From: Endomicrobiales bacterium
GTDB taxonomy: Bacteria > Elusimicrobiota > Endomicrobiia > Endomicrobiales > JAFGIL01
NCBI GenBank assembly: GCA_016929635.1
Contig: JAFGIL010000050.1
Location: 22,067-86,066 of the forward strand
DNA length: 64,000 bases
Direction: 5' to 3'
The notes under the pieces are model-generated. The model saw only the letters and a program-made list of their open reading frames with translations. It was not told the DNA's origin and ran no database searches. The translations under genes were made by a program, and so were the position numbers. Shown here in pieces: positions 1-10,095 of the stretch. Position 1 is the first letter of the stretch. The number at the start of each line of letters is the position of its first letter.

Positions 1-984
1 GATATAAAAGGCAGGGATGAAATAAAGTCTTCGATTATATTGCCTTTAATATCGAAAAAGAACGTAATAGGGGTATTGTGTGCTTCACGTACAGGAAGCG
101 ATATGATATTTAACAATGCTGACCAGCGTTATGCTAATATTTTTGCCTCCCAGATCTCACAGGCAATTGAAAATGCCCAATTATACAAGCAACTTGAAAA
201 TAAAATTGAAGCGCTGAATGACGCATATTCCAAATTATCCGAAATGCAGACAGAGTTGGTTCAAGCAGAAAAATTGGCTGCTATCGGAGAGCTTGCCTCG
301 GGCGTGGCCCATGAATTGAATAATCCCCTGACCGTTGTTATTGGTTTGGTGCAGCTTATGCTGGAGGAACAGGGCATCCCTGATGAAAAAAAGATGGATT
401 TGGAAACAATTAAGGAACAAGCCGAGAGATGCAGAAGGATTATTCTTAATTTGCTGCAGTTCTCCAGGAAACATGAAACACAGAAAGCACTGGTTGATAT
501 TGAAAGTATTATTGAAAAATCATTAGAGCTGGTGGAGTATGATTTGAAAACCTCCGGTTTGATTATAGAAAGGGCATTTGGAAGTTCCGAGAAAACTGTT
601 GAAGCAGATCCATTTCAGATACAACAGGTATTTTTAAACATTATAAATAATGCATTTCATGCATCTAAAGATGTCAAAGAACCAAAATTGATTATAAAAA
701 CCAGGAAGATAGGCAATAGATTGCAGGTAAGCTTTGCGGATAACGGTACTGGTATTCCTGAAGATATTATAAAAAGAGTATTTGATCCATTTTTTACCAC
801 AAAGGATGTTAATAAAGGCACGGGTCTCGGTCTAAGCATTTCGTACGGTATAATTAAGGAACATGGCGGCGATATATATGTCCAAAGCGAGGTAGGCAAA
901 GGAAGTACTTTTTTTATTGATTTACCATGCCATGGTTCAAAAACGGAAGAATCTCATAAAGAGGAAAAAAAAGAGAGGGTATAG
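1..984 (+). CDS. sensor histidine kinase, end of a GAF-like domain + HisKA/HATPase_c; 5' end cut by window edge
   Basis: Frame 1 is open from nt 1 (DIKGRDEIKSSIILPLISKKNVIGVL). H-box ELASGVAHELNNPL, N-box FLNIINNAFHA, G-boxes DNGTGI and GTGLGLSI. Confidence 0.85.
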   Translation, partial: DIKGRDEIKSSIILPLISKKNVIGVLCASRTGSDMIFNNADQRYANIFASQISQAIENAQLYKQLENKIEALNDAYSKLSEMQTELVQAEKLAAIGELASGVAHELNNPLTVVIGLVQLMLEEQGIPDEKKMDLETIKEQAERCRRIILNLLQFSRKHETQKALVDIESIIEKSLELVEYDLKTSGLIIERAFGSSEKTVEADPFQIQQVFLNIINNAFHASKDVKEPKLIIKTRKIGNRLQVSFADNGTGIPEDIIKRVFDPFFTTKDVNKGTGLGLSISYGIIKEHGGDIYVQSEVGKGSTFFIDLPCHGSKTEESHKEEKKERV

Positions 985-1013
985 GAAAATTTCAGAACAG
1001 GAGGAACTAAAAT

Positions 1014-1931
1014 ATGTTTAAGGATATATTTGCCAGTTTATTTTTAATTACATTTTTAGCAAGCAATTGTTTTTCTGCTGATAAAAATATATCAATAGTT
1101 TTATCTTCTCAGAAAGGCATCTATAATGAGGTTCTGTCTGGTTTAGAGGGCTTTCTTAAAGGAAACGGCATATCTGCATCTTATTCTCAGCAAATATATA
1201 GTGATGATAGGAAAAAGGATATCCTTGATGACATAGAAAAAAATAATCCCGATGTAATCATTGCTTTCGGGCATGTGGCAATTAATTTTGTAAATAAAAA
1301 TATAAATAACATACCTGTAATTTATACCATGACTTTTCTGCAGGATATTGTTGAAAAGAATCCGAATTCAACCGGGGTGGTCTTGGATATGCCTGCCGAA
1401 TTAAGGATTAAAATAATAAAAAAAGTTTTCCCATCGGTAAAAAATATCGGCAGTTTATATTCTACATCTTCATCAAAGGAATATGCAAATATTCTAAAAT
1501 CCTGCAAAGCGTTAAATTTGGGATTTATTGCAAAAGAAATTATCTCGAGTAATGAAATATCAGGGGCATATGCTGAAATAGAGCCAAAGATTGATTGTTT
1601 TATGATAGTTTTTGATACAAAATTATATAATGTGCAAACAACAAAATACTTATTATTGGCAACTTTAAAAAATAACATTCCGCTTGTGGGGCTTTCATCA
1701 TTTTATACAAGAGCCGGAGCAGTAATGGCGTATGATTATGATTATAGTGATATAGGAATACAGACAGGGATGAAGGTTTTAGATATATTAAAGGGGAAGA
1801 GCCCAAGTGTTTTAGAACTGTCAATGCCGAGAAAATTATTATATTTCTTGAATACCGATTCTGCAAAAAAAATGAATATAGAGTTTTCCGCAGATGTGCT
1901 TAAAGAGGCCAGTGAAGTCTTGCGAAATTAG
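1014..1931 (+). CDS. periplasmic ABC-type substrate-binding protein (ABC_sub_bind/PF04392-like), orphan
   Basis: Signal peptide and AGGAGG RBS. Conserved block FMIVFDTKLYNVQTTKYLLLATLKNNIPLVGLSSFYTRAGAVMAY is shared with the next ORF. No permease or ATPase gene nearby. Confidence 0.6.
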   Translation: MFKDIFASLFLITFLASNCFSADKNISIVLSSQKGIYNEVLSGLEGFLKGNGISASYSQQIYSDDRKKDILDDIEKNNPDVIIAFGHVAINFVNKNINNIPVIYTMTFLQDIVEKNPNSTGVVLDMPAELRIKIIKKVFPSVKNIGSLYSTSSSKEYANILKSCKALNLGFIAKEIISSNEISGAYAEIEPKIDCFMIVFDTKLYNVQTTKYLLLATLKNNIPLVGLSSFYTRAGAVMAYDYDYSDIGIQTGMKVLDILKGKSPSVLELSMPRKLLYFLNTDSAKKMNIEFSADVLKEASEVLRN

Positions 1932-1955
1932 CTTTGTCAAGGATATTTTTTAGCC

Positions 1956-2912
1956 ATGAAAATTAGAAATACAATTTTAAATAATAAGAACCTTTTTATT
2001 TTAATATCAATTTGCATTTCATTTATGTTGATATTTATCACTTTTAGCTATTGTTCAAATAAACTTGTTATTTCAGTTGTTTATCTTGAAGAAAAAGAAA
2101 TCTATAATGTTGTAATCAACGGGTTTAGGGACTATATAATTTCTAAAAACATAGAGTTGTCATTTAATAAACATATATTTAATGAAAAAAGGCAGGAGCT
2201 GCTTTTGCAAGATATTAGAAATGAGAATCCGGATATATTGTTTGTTTTGGGCGTGAAACCCTTGCGTTATCTAAGCAGCAAAATAAAAAATATTCCTATT
2301 ATATATTCATTAATATTTTCAAAGAATCCATCTGAATTTGGTGAAAATGTTATGGGTGTGTCCATAAGCATACCGGAAGAAATCAAAGTGGCGAAACTTA
2401 AAAAAATAATGCCTAATGTGGATAAAATAGGGTGTTTCTATTCGGAAAATTCAGGTGACATATATGAAGAATTATCGAAGGCATGCACGAAAAGAAAGAT
2501 TGATCTGATATCGAAAAAAATTGCTTCAGACAAGGATTTTCCGGAAGCCTTAAAAGAAATAAATCCGAAAATCAATTGTTTTTTTGCAATTTTTGATACT
2601 AAATTATTTTTTGCACAATCTATAAAATATTTGCTGCTCCAGAGTTTAAGAGAAAATGTCCCGGTTCTCGGCCTGTCTTCATACTTTACGAAAGCCGGAG
2701 CTTTAATATCCATGGAATGCGACTATTATGATTTGGGGCTACAAGCAGGAGAGATTGCATTAAAAAGCCATAAAGGGGAACAACTGCAAAATAAAAAAGC
2801 ATTAAGGCCAAGAAAAATATCCTATTCCTTGAATCTTCTGGTTGCCAAAAGGCTGGGTATAGAGTTTTCCAAAGACATAATAGATGAAGCAAGCGAGGTA
2901 TATGGAGAGTAA
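1956..2912 (+). CDS. periplasmic ABC-type substrate-binding protein, tandem paralogue of 1014-1931
   Basis: N-terminal TM/signal. FFAIFDTKLFFAQSIKYLLLQSLRENVPVLGLSSYFTKAGALISM aligns with the upstream ORF. Confidence 0.6.
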   Translation: MKIRNTILNNKNLFILISICISFMLIFITFSYCSNKLVISVVYLEEKEIYNVVINGFRDYIISKNIELSFNKHIFNEKRQELLLQDIRNENPDILFVLGVKPLRYLSSKIKNIPIIYSLIFSKNPSEFGENVMGVSISIPEEIKVAKLKKIMPNVDKIGCFYSENSGDIYEELSKACTKRKIDLISKKIASDKDFPEALKEINPKINCFFAIFDTKLFFAQSIKYLLLQSLRENVPVLGLSSYFTKAGALISMECDYYDLGLQAGEIALKSHKGEQLQNKKALRPRKISYSLNLLVAKRLGIEFSKDIIDEASEVYGE

Positions 2913-2966
2913 CGCCTGTTTTATAAAACCGCAATGGATTATCTTATCCATTGGGGGAGGATTTAA

Positions 2967-4730
2967 GTGAAATTGAGTATCGTTACAAAAATAAATTTGT
3001 TAACAATGACCGTAATAATAATTTTTGGATTGGTTATTGGCTGGTATTTTATTAAGCATGAATCCCAGGCATTAAGCATAGAACTGGATGAGCGTATATC
3101 TGTTCTTTTAAACAGCCTTAGCATAAGCAGCGAATATCCGGTGCTAATAGGAGACAGGGAAGCCGTTGCCAGGATTGTGGATAATATAATGAACCAGAAA
3201 GATGTAATATATTGCCGTTTGGAGGACAAGGAAGGAAATTTGCTTTACCAGGCAGGATCTTTAAAGAATGAGCTTGTCAAAGTGTTTAATGCAAGCATCA
3301 AAACACTGAAAAGAGCAAAAGGAAAAGGAGACGATGAATTAATTTTCGGAGAGGAAAAAAAAGTTGAGGAAGAAATAGGGAAGATATTTTTAACCGTGTC
3401 TCTTCTGGAGCTAAATCATAAAATAAATGATGTAACCAGGGCAGTTGTAATTTTCGTGATAATTACCATAATTTTAACGTCTATGGCTAGCTCAATTTTG
3501 CTGAAATTTGTTTTAAGTGACCCTATTAACTTCCTTGTAAAAGGGACCGAAAGAATTGCAAAAGGAGATTTGAACTATAAAGTATCCGTAAAAAGCGATG
3601 ATGAAATCGGAAGATTAGGGGCTTCGTTCAATAAAATGACTGAAGATTTAAAAGGCGTTACTGTTTCAAGGGATTATGTGGATAATATCATTAATTCTAT
3701 GATTGATACTTTGATAGTTATAAATCCGGATACTACAATAAGAACAGTAAATAATGCTCTTTTGGAATTATTAGGCTATAAAGAAGATGAGTTAATTGGG
3801 AAATCTGTAATAACAATTGTCAGTAATGAAGATGCCAAATTGTTTAGCGGTCTGCAATGGGAAGAGTTGTTAAAAAAGGGATCGGTTGATAATTATGAAA
3901 TGAATTACAAAGCAAAAAGCGGTACTTATATCCCTGTTAGTTTTACGGGTTCGGTAATGAGTGATGAAAATGCAAACATTATAAGCATCGTAGGTATTGC
4001 TCGCGATATGAGGGAAGTTATGAAGTTAAAGAAACAGCTGTTGCAGTCAGAAAAAATGGCAGCTGTCGGGCAGCTGGCTGGCGGCGTGGCGCATGAAATA
4101 AATAATCCAATGAGTGTTATTTTAGGTTTCGCTCAGACTGTTGCAAGAAGAGTCAACAATGAGAAAGATCCCTTTTATATACCTCTTAAATCCATTGAAC
4201 GGGAAGCAGTAAGATGTAAGAAGCTTGTAGGCGATTTATTGACATTTTCCCGTGTTTCAAAAACCGGAAGAGAGCCAGTAGATATAAAGCTGTTAATAGA
4301 CGAAACACTAACACTGATTGAGTCAAAGTGCCGTGTAAAAAATATTAATTTAAAAAGAGATGTAGCAGATAAGTTGCCGGTAATAACGGCAAATAAAAAC
4401 CAAATTCAGCAGGTAATAGTAAATCTTTGTAATAATGCCATTGATGCGATGCAAAACGGTGGGGATTTGACTATTAAAGCCGTTGTTGAGGGAAAAGATG
4501 CTTCAGAGGGAGTTAGAATAGAAGTCACGGATACGGGGCATGGCATTCCGCTTGATATAAGAGAACGTATCTTTGAGCCGTTTTTTACTACAAAAGAGGT
4601 AGGGCAGGGGACAGGGCTTGGCTTGGGTATTAGTTATGAGATAGTACAGAAACACGGAGGAAAAATAGAAGTAGAATCTGAAGTTGATAAGGGAAGTGTT
4701 TTTAGAATAATACTACCCGTTAATAGTTAA
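2967..4730 (+). CDS. sensor histidine kinase (2 TM, HAMP, PAS, HisKA, HATPase_c)
   Basis: GTG start after a GGGAGG RBS. HAMP-like [35 protein letters not shown]-box [13 protein letters not shown]-box [10 protein letters not shown]-boxes DTGHGI and GTGLGLGI. Confidence 0.85.
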   Translation: MKLSIVTKINLLTMTVIIIFGLVIGWYFIKHESQALSIELDERISVLLNSLSISSEYPVLIGDREAVARIVDNIMNQKDVIYCRLEDKEGNLLYQAGSLKNELVKVFNASIKTLKRAKGKGDDELIFGEEKKVEEEIGKIFLTVSLLELNHKINDVTRAVVIFVIITIILTSMASSILLKFVLSDPINFLVKGTERIAKGDLNYKVSVKSDDEIGRLGASFNKMTEDLKGVTVSRDYVDNIINSMIDTLIVINPDTTIRTVNNALLELLGYKEDELIGKSVITIVSNEDAKLFSGLQWEELLKKGSVDNYEMNYKAKSGTYIPVSFTGSVMSDENANIISIVGIARDMREVMKLKKQLLQSEKMAAVGQLAGGVAHEINNPMSVILGFAQTVARRVNNEKDPFYIPLKSIEREAVRCKKLVGDLLTFSRVSKTGREPVDIKLLIDETLTLIESKCRVKNINLKRDVADKLPVITANKNQIQQVIVNLCNNAIDAMQNGGDLTIKAVVEGKDASEGVRIEVTDTGHGIPLDIRERIFEPFFTTKEVGQGTGLGLGISYEIVQKHGGKIEVESEVDKGSVFRIILPVNS

Positions 4731-4735
4731 AAGAG

Positions 4736-5128
4736 GTGAGTGTGAAGGGGAAGAAATTAAAAATTCTGGTTGTTGATGATGAAGCCGGCGTAAGAGACTT
4801 GATAACATATCTTTTAGAATCCATGGGTTATATTATTCGTACTGCAAAAGATGGTTTGGAAGCTGTTGAGATTGTAGCAAACGAGGAATTCGACATAATT
4901 TTTTTAGATGTACACATGCCCAACATGAAAGGTACGGAAGCTCTGGAATCCATAAAGAAAATACGGCCTAAACAGACGGTAATTATATTCAGCAGCAGTT
5001 CCGATCCTTATTATGTTTTTGAGAGTCAGGCAAAACAAAAAGGTGCTTTTGATTGTCTTTATAAACCTTTTGAATTGGATGATCTGCTGAATGTCATTAA
5101 CAAAGCAGTTAACAATAAAGTGAACTAA
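4736..5128 (+). CDS. single-domain response regulator (CheY-like receiver)
   Basis: ILVVDDE, FDIIFLDVHMPNMKG and YKPF are canonical receiver residues. The start may instead be the GTG at 4742, which sits 5 nt after AAGAGG. Confidence 0.8.
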   Translation: MSVKGKKLKILVVDDEAGVRDLITYLLESMGYIIRTAKDGLEAVEIVANEEFDIIFLDVHMPNMKGTEALESIKKIRPKQTVIIFSSSSDPYYVFESQAKQKGAFDCLYKPFELDDLLNVINKAVNNKVN

Positions 5129-5139
5129 AGGAAACGAAG

Positions 5140-6291
5140 ATGAAAATTGACGAAAAAGGTAAAGCAAAAATACTCATAATAGAAGATGAAAAAGGTATCC
5201 GCAACTTTTTGAGTTACGAATTGTCACAATTGGGTTACGTGGTAAATGTTGCCGATGACGGCGAAGAAGGTGTCGGGAAAGCCAAAGAGATGAAATATGA
5301 CGTAATAATTTGCGATATAATGATGCCGAAGTTAAATGGCCTGCAGGCTTTGAAGATTATCAAAAAAGTATCGCCTGAAACCGAAGTGATAATGATTACC
5401 GGATATGCTACGGTGGAAAATGCCCTTCAGTCAATGAGGGACGGTGCCTATGGATTCATCCAGAAGCCGTTTAATACACAGGAGCTTTTTACTTTAATTG
5501 AAAAAGCGCTTGAGAAAAGCGAGTTGAGAACATTAATTGCTATTTATCAAAGCAGTCAAGCGGTTTTTTCAAAGCTCAGGCTTGAGGAACTTTTGCCTTT
5601 GATGATAAAACTATTAAAGGACGCGGTTAAAGTAAGCGATATTGTTCTTTTGCTTTTTGACCATGAAAACCAGCCCTATTTGGCCGCAGCCACTTTCTCT
5701 CTTACAAATTATTCCTTAAAAGATTTATACATTTCCATGGCTAACCGTTTATACTCTTCGGGTAAACTGCAAAAATCTTCTTTAGTTATTGATTTAAACC
5801 AGGAAAAAAGCACCTTATTCCCGGGATTGAAAATAAATCCTGATATGAAGTATTTAGCGGTTTATCCCATAACGCTGCCAAACAGAAAATTTGGGACACT
5901 TCTGGTATCACGTAAGAAAGAGTTTGAAAATTTTAATCAGACCGATAAACACAGCCTTTCTATTTTTGTTTCTCAGATGGCCCAGTCAATTGCCAATACG
6001 AAATTATTTGAACAACTGGAAATAAAAATTTCCGAACTGGAAAGTACTAACATGGAACTGGAGCAGATTAAGAAACAATTGGATTCTGCAACAATGTTGT
6101 ATCAAGCAGGCTCGGGAGTGGCTAAGGAGCTTGATATCAGCTCTGCAAAAGTCTTATCTGTTTTAAAAAGTATTTTAGAAATGGATAAATTGCCGCAGGA
6201 AATAAAGAAGCAAATCATGAAAGTTAAGGAAGAAGTCATAAGTTGCCAGGAAAAAGTAAAGAAAGATATTAAAAAAGCAAAAATCCAATAA
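5140..6291 (+). CDS. response regulator: receiver domain + uncharacterised (GAF-like?) domain + C-terminal coiled coil
   Basis: ILIIEDEKG, YDVIICDIMMPKLNG, IMITGYA and QKPF. The roughly 250-aa C-terminal part has no motif I can name. Confidence 0.7.
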   Translation: MKIDEKGKAKILIIEDEKGIRNFLSYELSQLGYVVNVADDGEEGVGKAKEMKYDVIICDIMMPKLNGLQALKIIKKVSPETEVIMITGYATVENALQSMRDGAYGFIQKPFNTQELFTLIEKALEKSELRTLIAIYQSSQAVFSKLRLEELLPLMIKLLKDAVKVSDIVLLLFDHENQPYLAAATFSLTNYSLKDLYISMANRLYSSGKLQKSSLVIDLNQEKSTLFPGLKINPDMKYLAVYPITLPNRKFGTLLVSRKKEFENFNQTDKHSLSIFVSQMAQSIANTKLFEQLEIKISELESTNMELEQIKKQLDSATMLYQAGSGVAKELDISSAKVLSVLKSILEMDKLPQEIKKQIMKVKEEVISCQEKVKKDIKKAKIQ

Positions 6292-6395
6292 ACTTCGATT
6301 TACTTGCAGTTTAGTCCTGCCTGAATAGGAACCCCAAAAACCTAAAAATCTTGATTTTTTTTAGCTCGTTGTATATAATATTTGTATATAATAAT

Positions 6396-7124
6396 ATGAA
6401 AAAGTATAAATACTTATTAGCATTATTGTTTATAGTAAAATATCCTGTTTTTGCCCAGGTATCCTTTGAAGGCAATCCTTTGATAGATGGGGTTAAAAAT
6501 CCGGCAGAGGTGGTTGTAACCGGAAGAAGCCCTGTTTTTTCATGGGAGTACGCAGGGCTTGTCAGCTCATTTACCATAACTGTAAGCGATGACAGTATAT
6601 TTTCAAATTCGGGTGAGATCTGGAACCATGTGGGTTCAACCACACTGGCCAATACTATTAACGGAGTGACACGTGTGGCGTATAATACTGATGGGGGCGC
6701 TGCTCAACTCCAGCCGGACAGAACATATTATTGGCAGGTTACGATATACGGTGAAGGTACCCAATCCACAAAAGTCAATCTTGTGTTTTCATCAGTTTCT
6801 TCGGAAGTAAATATGCCTTCGGGCAATTTAAGCCTCGCGGTTGACTGGAATAATCCATTCAATCCTTCGATTGGACAAACCACTAAATTCAGGTTCACTA
6901 CGCGAAACAGGGACAGGACGGTTCAGGTTCGAATCTTCACTTTATCCGGAGAGCTTGTAAAAACCTGGGCTGAACAGACAATGCTACAAAATGCCTGGTA
7001 CTCCGTTGAGTGGGACGGAAGAAACGATGACGGAAAAATCGTCGCACGCGGCATATACCTGGTAAACCTTATGGATGTGGGTGAGAAAAAAGGCGTTACG
7101 GAAAAAGTCATTGTGATTAAATAA
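6396..7124 (+). CDS. secreted protein with C-terminal FlgD-Ig / T9SS-sorting-domain-like module
   Basis: Start moved to the ATG at 6396 (MKKYKYLLALLFIVKYPVFAQ signal peptide). The C-terminus NPFNPSIGQTTKFRF...VQVRIFTLSGELVKTW...WDGRNDDGKIVARGIYLVNL...KVIVIK matches the FlgD_ig/Por_Secre_tail pattern. Confidence 0.6.
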   Translation: MKKYKYLLALLFIVKYPVFAQVSFEGNPLIDGVKNPAEVVVTGRSPVFSWEYAGLVSSFTITVSDDSIFSNSGEIWNHVGSTTLANTINGVTRVAYNTDGGAAQLQPDRTYYWQVTIYGEGTQSTKVNLVFSSVSSEVNMPSGNLSLAVDWNNPFNPSIGQTTKFRFTTRNRDRTVQVRIFTLSGELVKTWAEQTMLQNAWYSVEWDGRNDDGKIVARGIYLVNLMDVGEKKGVTEKVIVIK

Positions 7125-9094
7125 TGAGAAAAATATTTATATTCTTTTGTTTGCTGGTCTTGCCTGTTGAAATTTTTGCTGCAGGTACAACCGGGGCGGA
7201 TTTTCTAAAAATAGGTCCGGCAGCACGCCCGTGCGGTATGGCAGGCGCTTTTGTTGCAGTAAGCGATGAAACAAGCGGGATGTTTTGGAATCCCGCGGGC
7301 CTTGGATTTATGGTTTCTCCTGAACTGCAGACAACCTACATTCTCTGGCCGGGAGATCTTTATTACAGTTATCTTGCATATTCACATCCGACCAAGCAGG
7401 GGATATATGCCCTGGGTTTGCAATACCTTTCCGGTTCAAAAATAGAGAAATTCGTAAACGGCGCAAGCTTTGGAAGCTTAAACTATTATGACGGAGCCGC
7501 AAACGTATTGTTCTCGAGGCGTTTAAGAGAGACCCTGTCAGCAGGAGTAAATTTAAAGTACATAAAAAGCCATTTAGACAGCAGTGACGAATCAGCTCTT
7601 ACGGGAGACGTCGGGCTGTTGTATCGGACGTTTGAAGAGAGCTTTTCCTTTGGCTTATCCGGGAAAAACCTTTTTGGCAAGATCGGCAAGGACGATCTTC
7701 CGCAGGAGTTTAAAACAGGGATAGCTTACAAGTCAGATCTTCCCCAGCATTATTCAGATATATTATTCTCTATCGAAGTTGCCCAGCCGAAGGACAGCCC
7801 TGTCTACTACGCAGCAGGAATAGAGCACTGGGGAGGAAGGACTCTTGGGCTTCGCATTGGATATAAGTACATCCCAGATGATAAACAAAGAAGCAGCATG
7901 GATAATCTTTCTCCGTGGAGTGCGGGATTAAGCATAAGAGTACAAAGCTGTGCGATAGACTATTCATACCAGCCCATGGCCGCGCTGGGGAATGCGCACA
8001 GGATAACCCTTAACTGGAGGGTGTTTGGCTGGAAAACAAAGATGCGTGTAATATCCACAAAGATAAAGGCTGAACCTGTTATTTTTTCGCCGAATGGAGA
8101 CGGAGCAAAAGACAGCGTGTTCTTTATTCCTCAGGTTACAGAGATCAAAAATGTTTCTGACTGGAAACTGCAGATTAAAAGTTTGGATAACATTATAATT
8201 AAGGAGTTGTCAGGAAAAGACCTTTTGCCAAAAATACTGACATGGGAAGGCCAAACCGAGGATGACGGTCAGGTTGTTGAAGGTAAATATCATTACCAGT
8301 TTGTAGTTGAGGGGGATTCCAGAAAACGGGCCGAGTCTGGCACAGGAGAGATAACAGCTGATCTTACAGTTCCTTCTGTATCACTGGTTATTTCAACCGA
8401 AACTTTTTCACCCAACGATGACGGTTTCCAGGACAGCACAACCTTTTATGTTTCCGTAAGCGACATTTACGGGATAGACCAATGGAAGTTAAGCATTATT
8501 AATAGCCAAAATAAAAATGTAAGGGTGTTCGTTTCTACATCCAGCGAGCCTGTTGAAATTGTATGGGACGGTAAGGATGATTATTATGGAGCAGTTGTAC
8601 CTGAAGGAGAGTATAAGGTCCAGCTTCAGGTATGGGATGTTGCGGGAAATAAAGAAGTTGTTGAGTCCCAGCTTAAAGTTCAGGTTCCCGTTAAAATCAA
8701 AGAAATAATAAAGGAAGTAAAAGTAGCCGAAGACGACAGGGGGCTGGTAATAAACCTTTCAAGCAATATTCTTTATGAACGGGGGAAATACGAGGTTCAG
8801 GAAAAAGCTTATAAAGCTTTAAATGAAGTTGTGAACCTTTTAAATTCATATCCCAAAAACAACGTTTTGATAGAAGGGCATACCGATTCCATAGGAAGTA
8901 AATCCAACAACCGCACAATTTCAAGTAAACGAGCATGGGGTGTTTACAGCTATCTTGTAAAACACGGTGTTGCGCCTGCACGTCTGAAGGTTAAAGGATG
9001 GGGGGAAGAAAAGCCCATCGCTGCCAACAGTACCAGCGAAGGCAGGGCAAAAAACCGCAGGGTAGATATAATAATTCTCAAAAGTACTCAATAA
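7124..9094 (+). CDS. outer-membrane fusion protein: PorV/PorQ-like beta-barrel + 2 FlgD-Ig repeats + OmpA C-terminal peptidoglycan-binding domain
   Basis: TAATG overlap with the upstream gene. N-terminus GADFLKIGPAARPCGMAGAFVAVSDETSGMFWNPAGLGF has the PorV-family signature. Repeats IFSPNGDGAKDS and TFSPNDDGFQDS. OmpA_C: IEGHTDSIGS..NRTISSKRA..NRRVDIIIL. Confidence 0.7.
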   Translation: MRKIFIFFCLLVLPVEIFAAGTTGADFLKIGPAARPCGMAGAFVAVSDETSGMFWNPAGLGFMVSPELQTTYILWPGDLYYSYLAYSHPTKQGIYALGLQYLSGSKIEKFVNGASFGSLNYYDGAANVLFSRRLRETLSAGVNLKYIKSHLDSSDESALTGDVGLLYRTFEESFSFGLSGKNLFGKIGKDDLPQEFKTGIAYKSDLPQHYSDILFSIEVAQPKDSPVYYAAGIEHWGGRTLGLRIGYKYIPDDKQRSSMDNLSPWSAGLSIRVQSCAIDYSYQPMAALGNAHRITLNWRVFGWKTKMRVISTKIKAEPVIFSPNGDGAKDSVFFIPQVTEIKNVSDWKLQIKSLDNIIIKELSGKDLLPKILTWEGQTEDDGQVVEGKYHYQFVVEGDSRKRAESGTGEITADLTVPSVSLVISTETFSPNDDGFQDSTTFYVSVSDIYGIDQWKLSIINSQNKNVRVFVSTSSEPVEIVWDGKDDYYGAVVPEGEYKVQLQVWDVAGNKEVVESQLKVQVPVKIKEIIKEVKVAEDDRGLVINLSSNILYERGKYEVQEKAYKALNEVVNLLNSYPKNNVLIEGHTDSIGSKSNNRTISSKRAWGVYSYLVKHGVAPARLKVKGWGEEKPIAANSTSEGRAKNRRVDIIILKSTQ

Positions 9095-9128
9095 AAAATA
9101 AAAATATTTTTTAGATCAATTAAATTTA

Positions 9129-10070
9129 ATGTTGAAAAAATTGGTTCGAATACTATTAATTTTTTCCGGGCTTGTATTTCTAATATTTGCAGTATTTTTC
9201 GTTTCTTTTAAGCTTCTATTCACGCAGCAGAGATTAAAAAAGATTTTTGCCGATTTTGTCAGGGGGGGGCTGAACTGCGAATTAGTGGCAGATAAAGTCT
9301 CTTTTAGTTTTATTTCAGGTTTTGAGTTAAAGGATTTTCAATTATACAAGTATTCTGATTACCTTGATAAAAATAAATCCACAAAAGAAAAAGCAAAACC
9401 ATTTTTTACAGCCAAAAGGGCTGTTATTAAAGGGGATATGTTCCCTTTCCTGCAAAGCAGAGTAAAATTAAACGAGATTTGTATTGAATCTTTTAATATC
9501 AGGGATATTGAGGAGGGCACATTTAAAAAGTTTAAAGAATCCATGCTTTTAAAGAGTTTTAGCCGGAGGATGTCAAAAGTCCCGAAAAATGTATCAAAAA
9601 TGTATTTTATTTCACAAATGTTTTCGATTTCTGATTTCAAAATGACAAACGGAGAGCTGGATTTAAAGGGATTATTTAAAAGCGAAAAATTAACACTTAA
9701 AAATATAGATTTGTCGGCAAGAAACGTATCTTTTTCACTTCCGTTTAAACTTGAGTTATCGTTTAGCCTGGAAAAAGATAAAAAAGAGTTCGATATATCT
9801 TTGGAATGTTCTATTGACGCTCCGAACCAGAGGTTAGTAATTGAAAAAGGATTGCTGAAACGGGGAAATTCATCTATAACTATATTAGGCGGACTGCAGG
9901 ATTTTATTGATATTGAACGATTTTCGTTTTCATTCGACATTAAAGGGGATGATAAAATAGTTAATGATATTTTTGGGCTCACGGAGCAGGATATTGAAAT
10001 AAGTTTTTCTGAAGCTGATACTATGTCAGTAAACGTATCCGGGAACCTGGATGAAATAAGAATTAAATAA
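9129..10070 (+). CDS. membrane-anchored hypothetical protein (AsmA-like N-terminus?)
   Basis: N-terminal TM helix followed by a repetitive beta-rich sequence. The family call is weak. Confidence 0.4.
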   Translation: MLKKLVRILLIFSGLVFLIFAVFFVSFKLLFTQQRLKKIFADFVRGGLNCELVADKVSFSFISGFELKDFQLYKYSDYLDKNKSTKEKAKPFFTAKRAVIKGDMFPFLQSRVKLNEICIESFNIRDIEEGTFKKFKESMLLKSFSRRMSKVPKNVSKMYFISQMFSISDFKMTNGELDLKGLFKSEKLTLKNIDLSARNVSFSLPFKLELSFSLEKDKKEFDISLECSIDAPNQRLVIEKGLLKRGNSSITILGGLQDFIDIERFSFSFDIKGDDKIVNDIFGLTEQDIEISFSEADTMSVNVSGNLDEIRIK

Positions 10071-10095
10071 TTACTGTAGAGAAAAAGGATAACTA

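Noticed and set aside
9359-9982. 207-aa minus-strand ORF
   Set aside because: It is fully antisense to the better-supported 9129-10070 gene. It has low-complexity Ser/Ile/Asn-rich composition typical of shadow ORFs in AT-rich DNA, and no RBS or motif.
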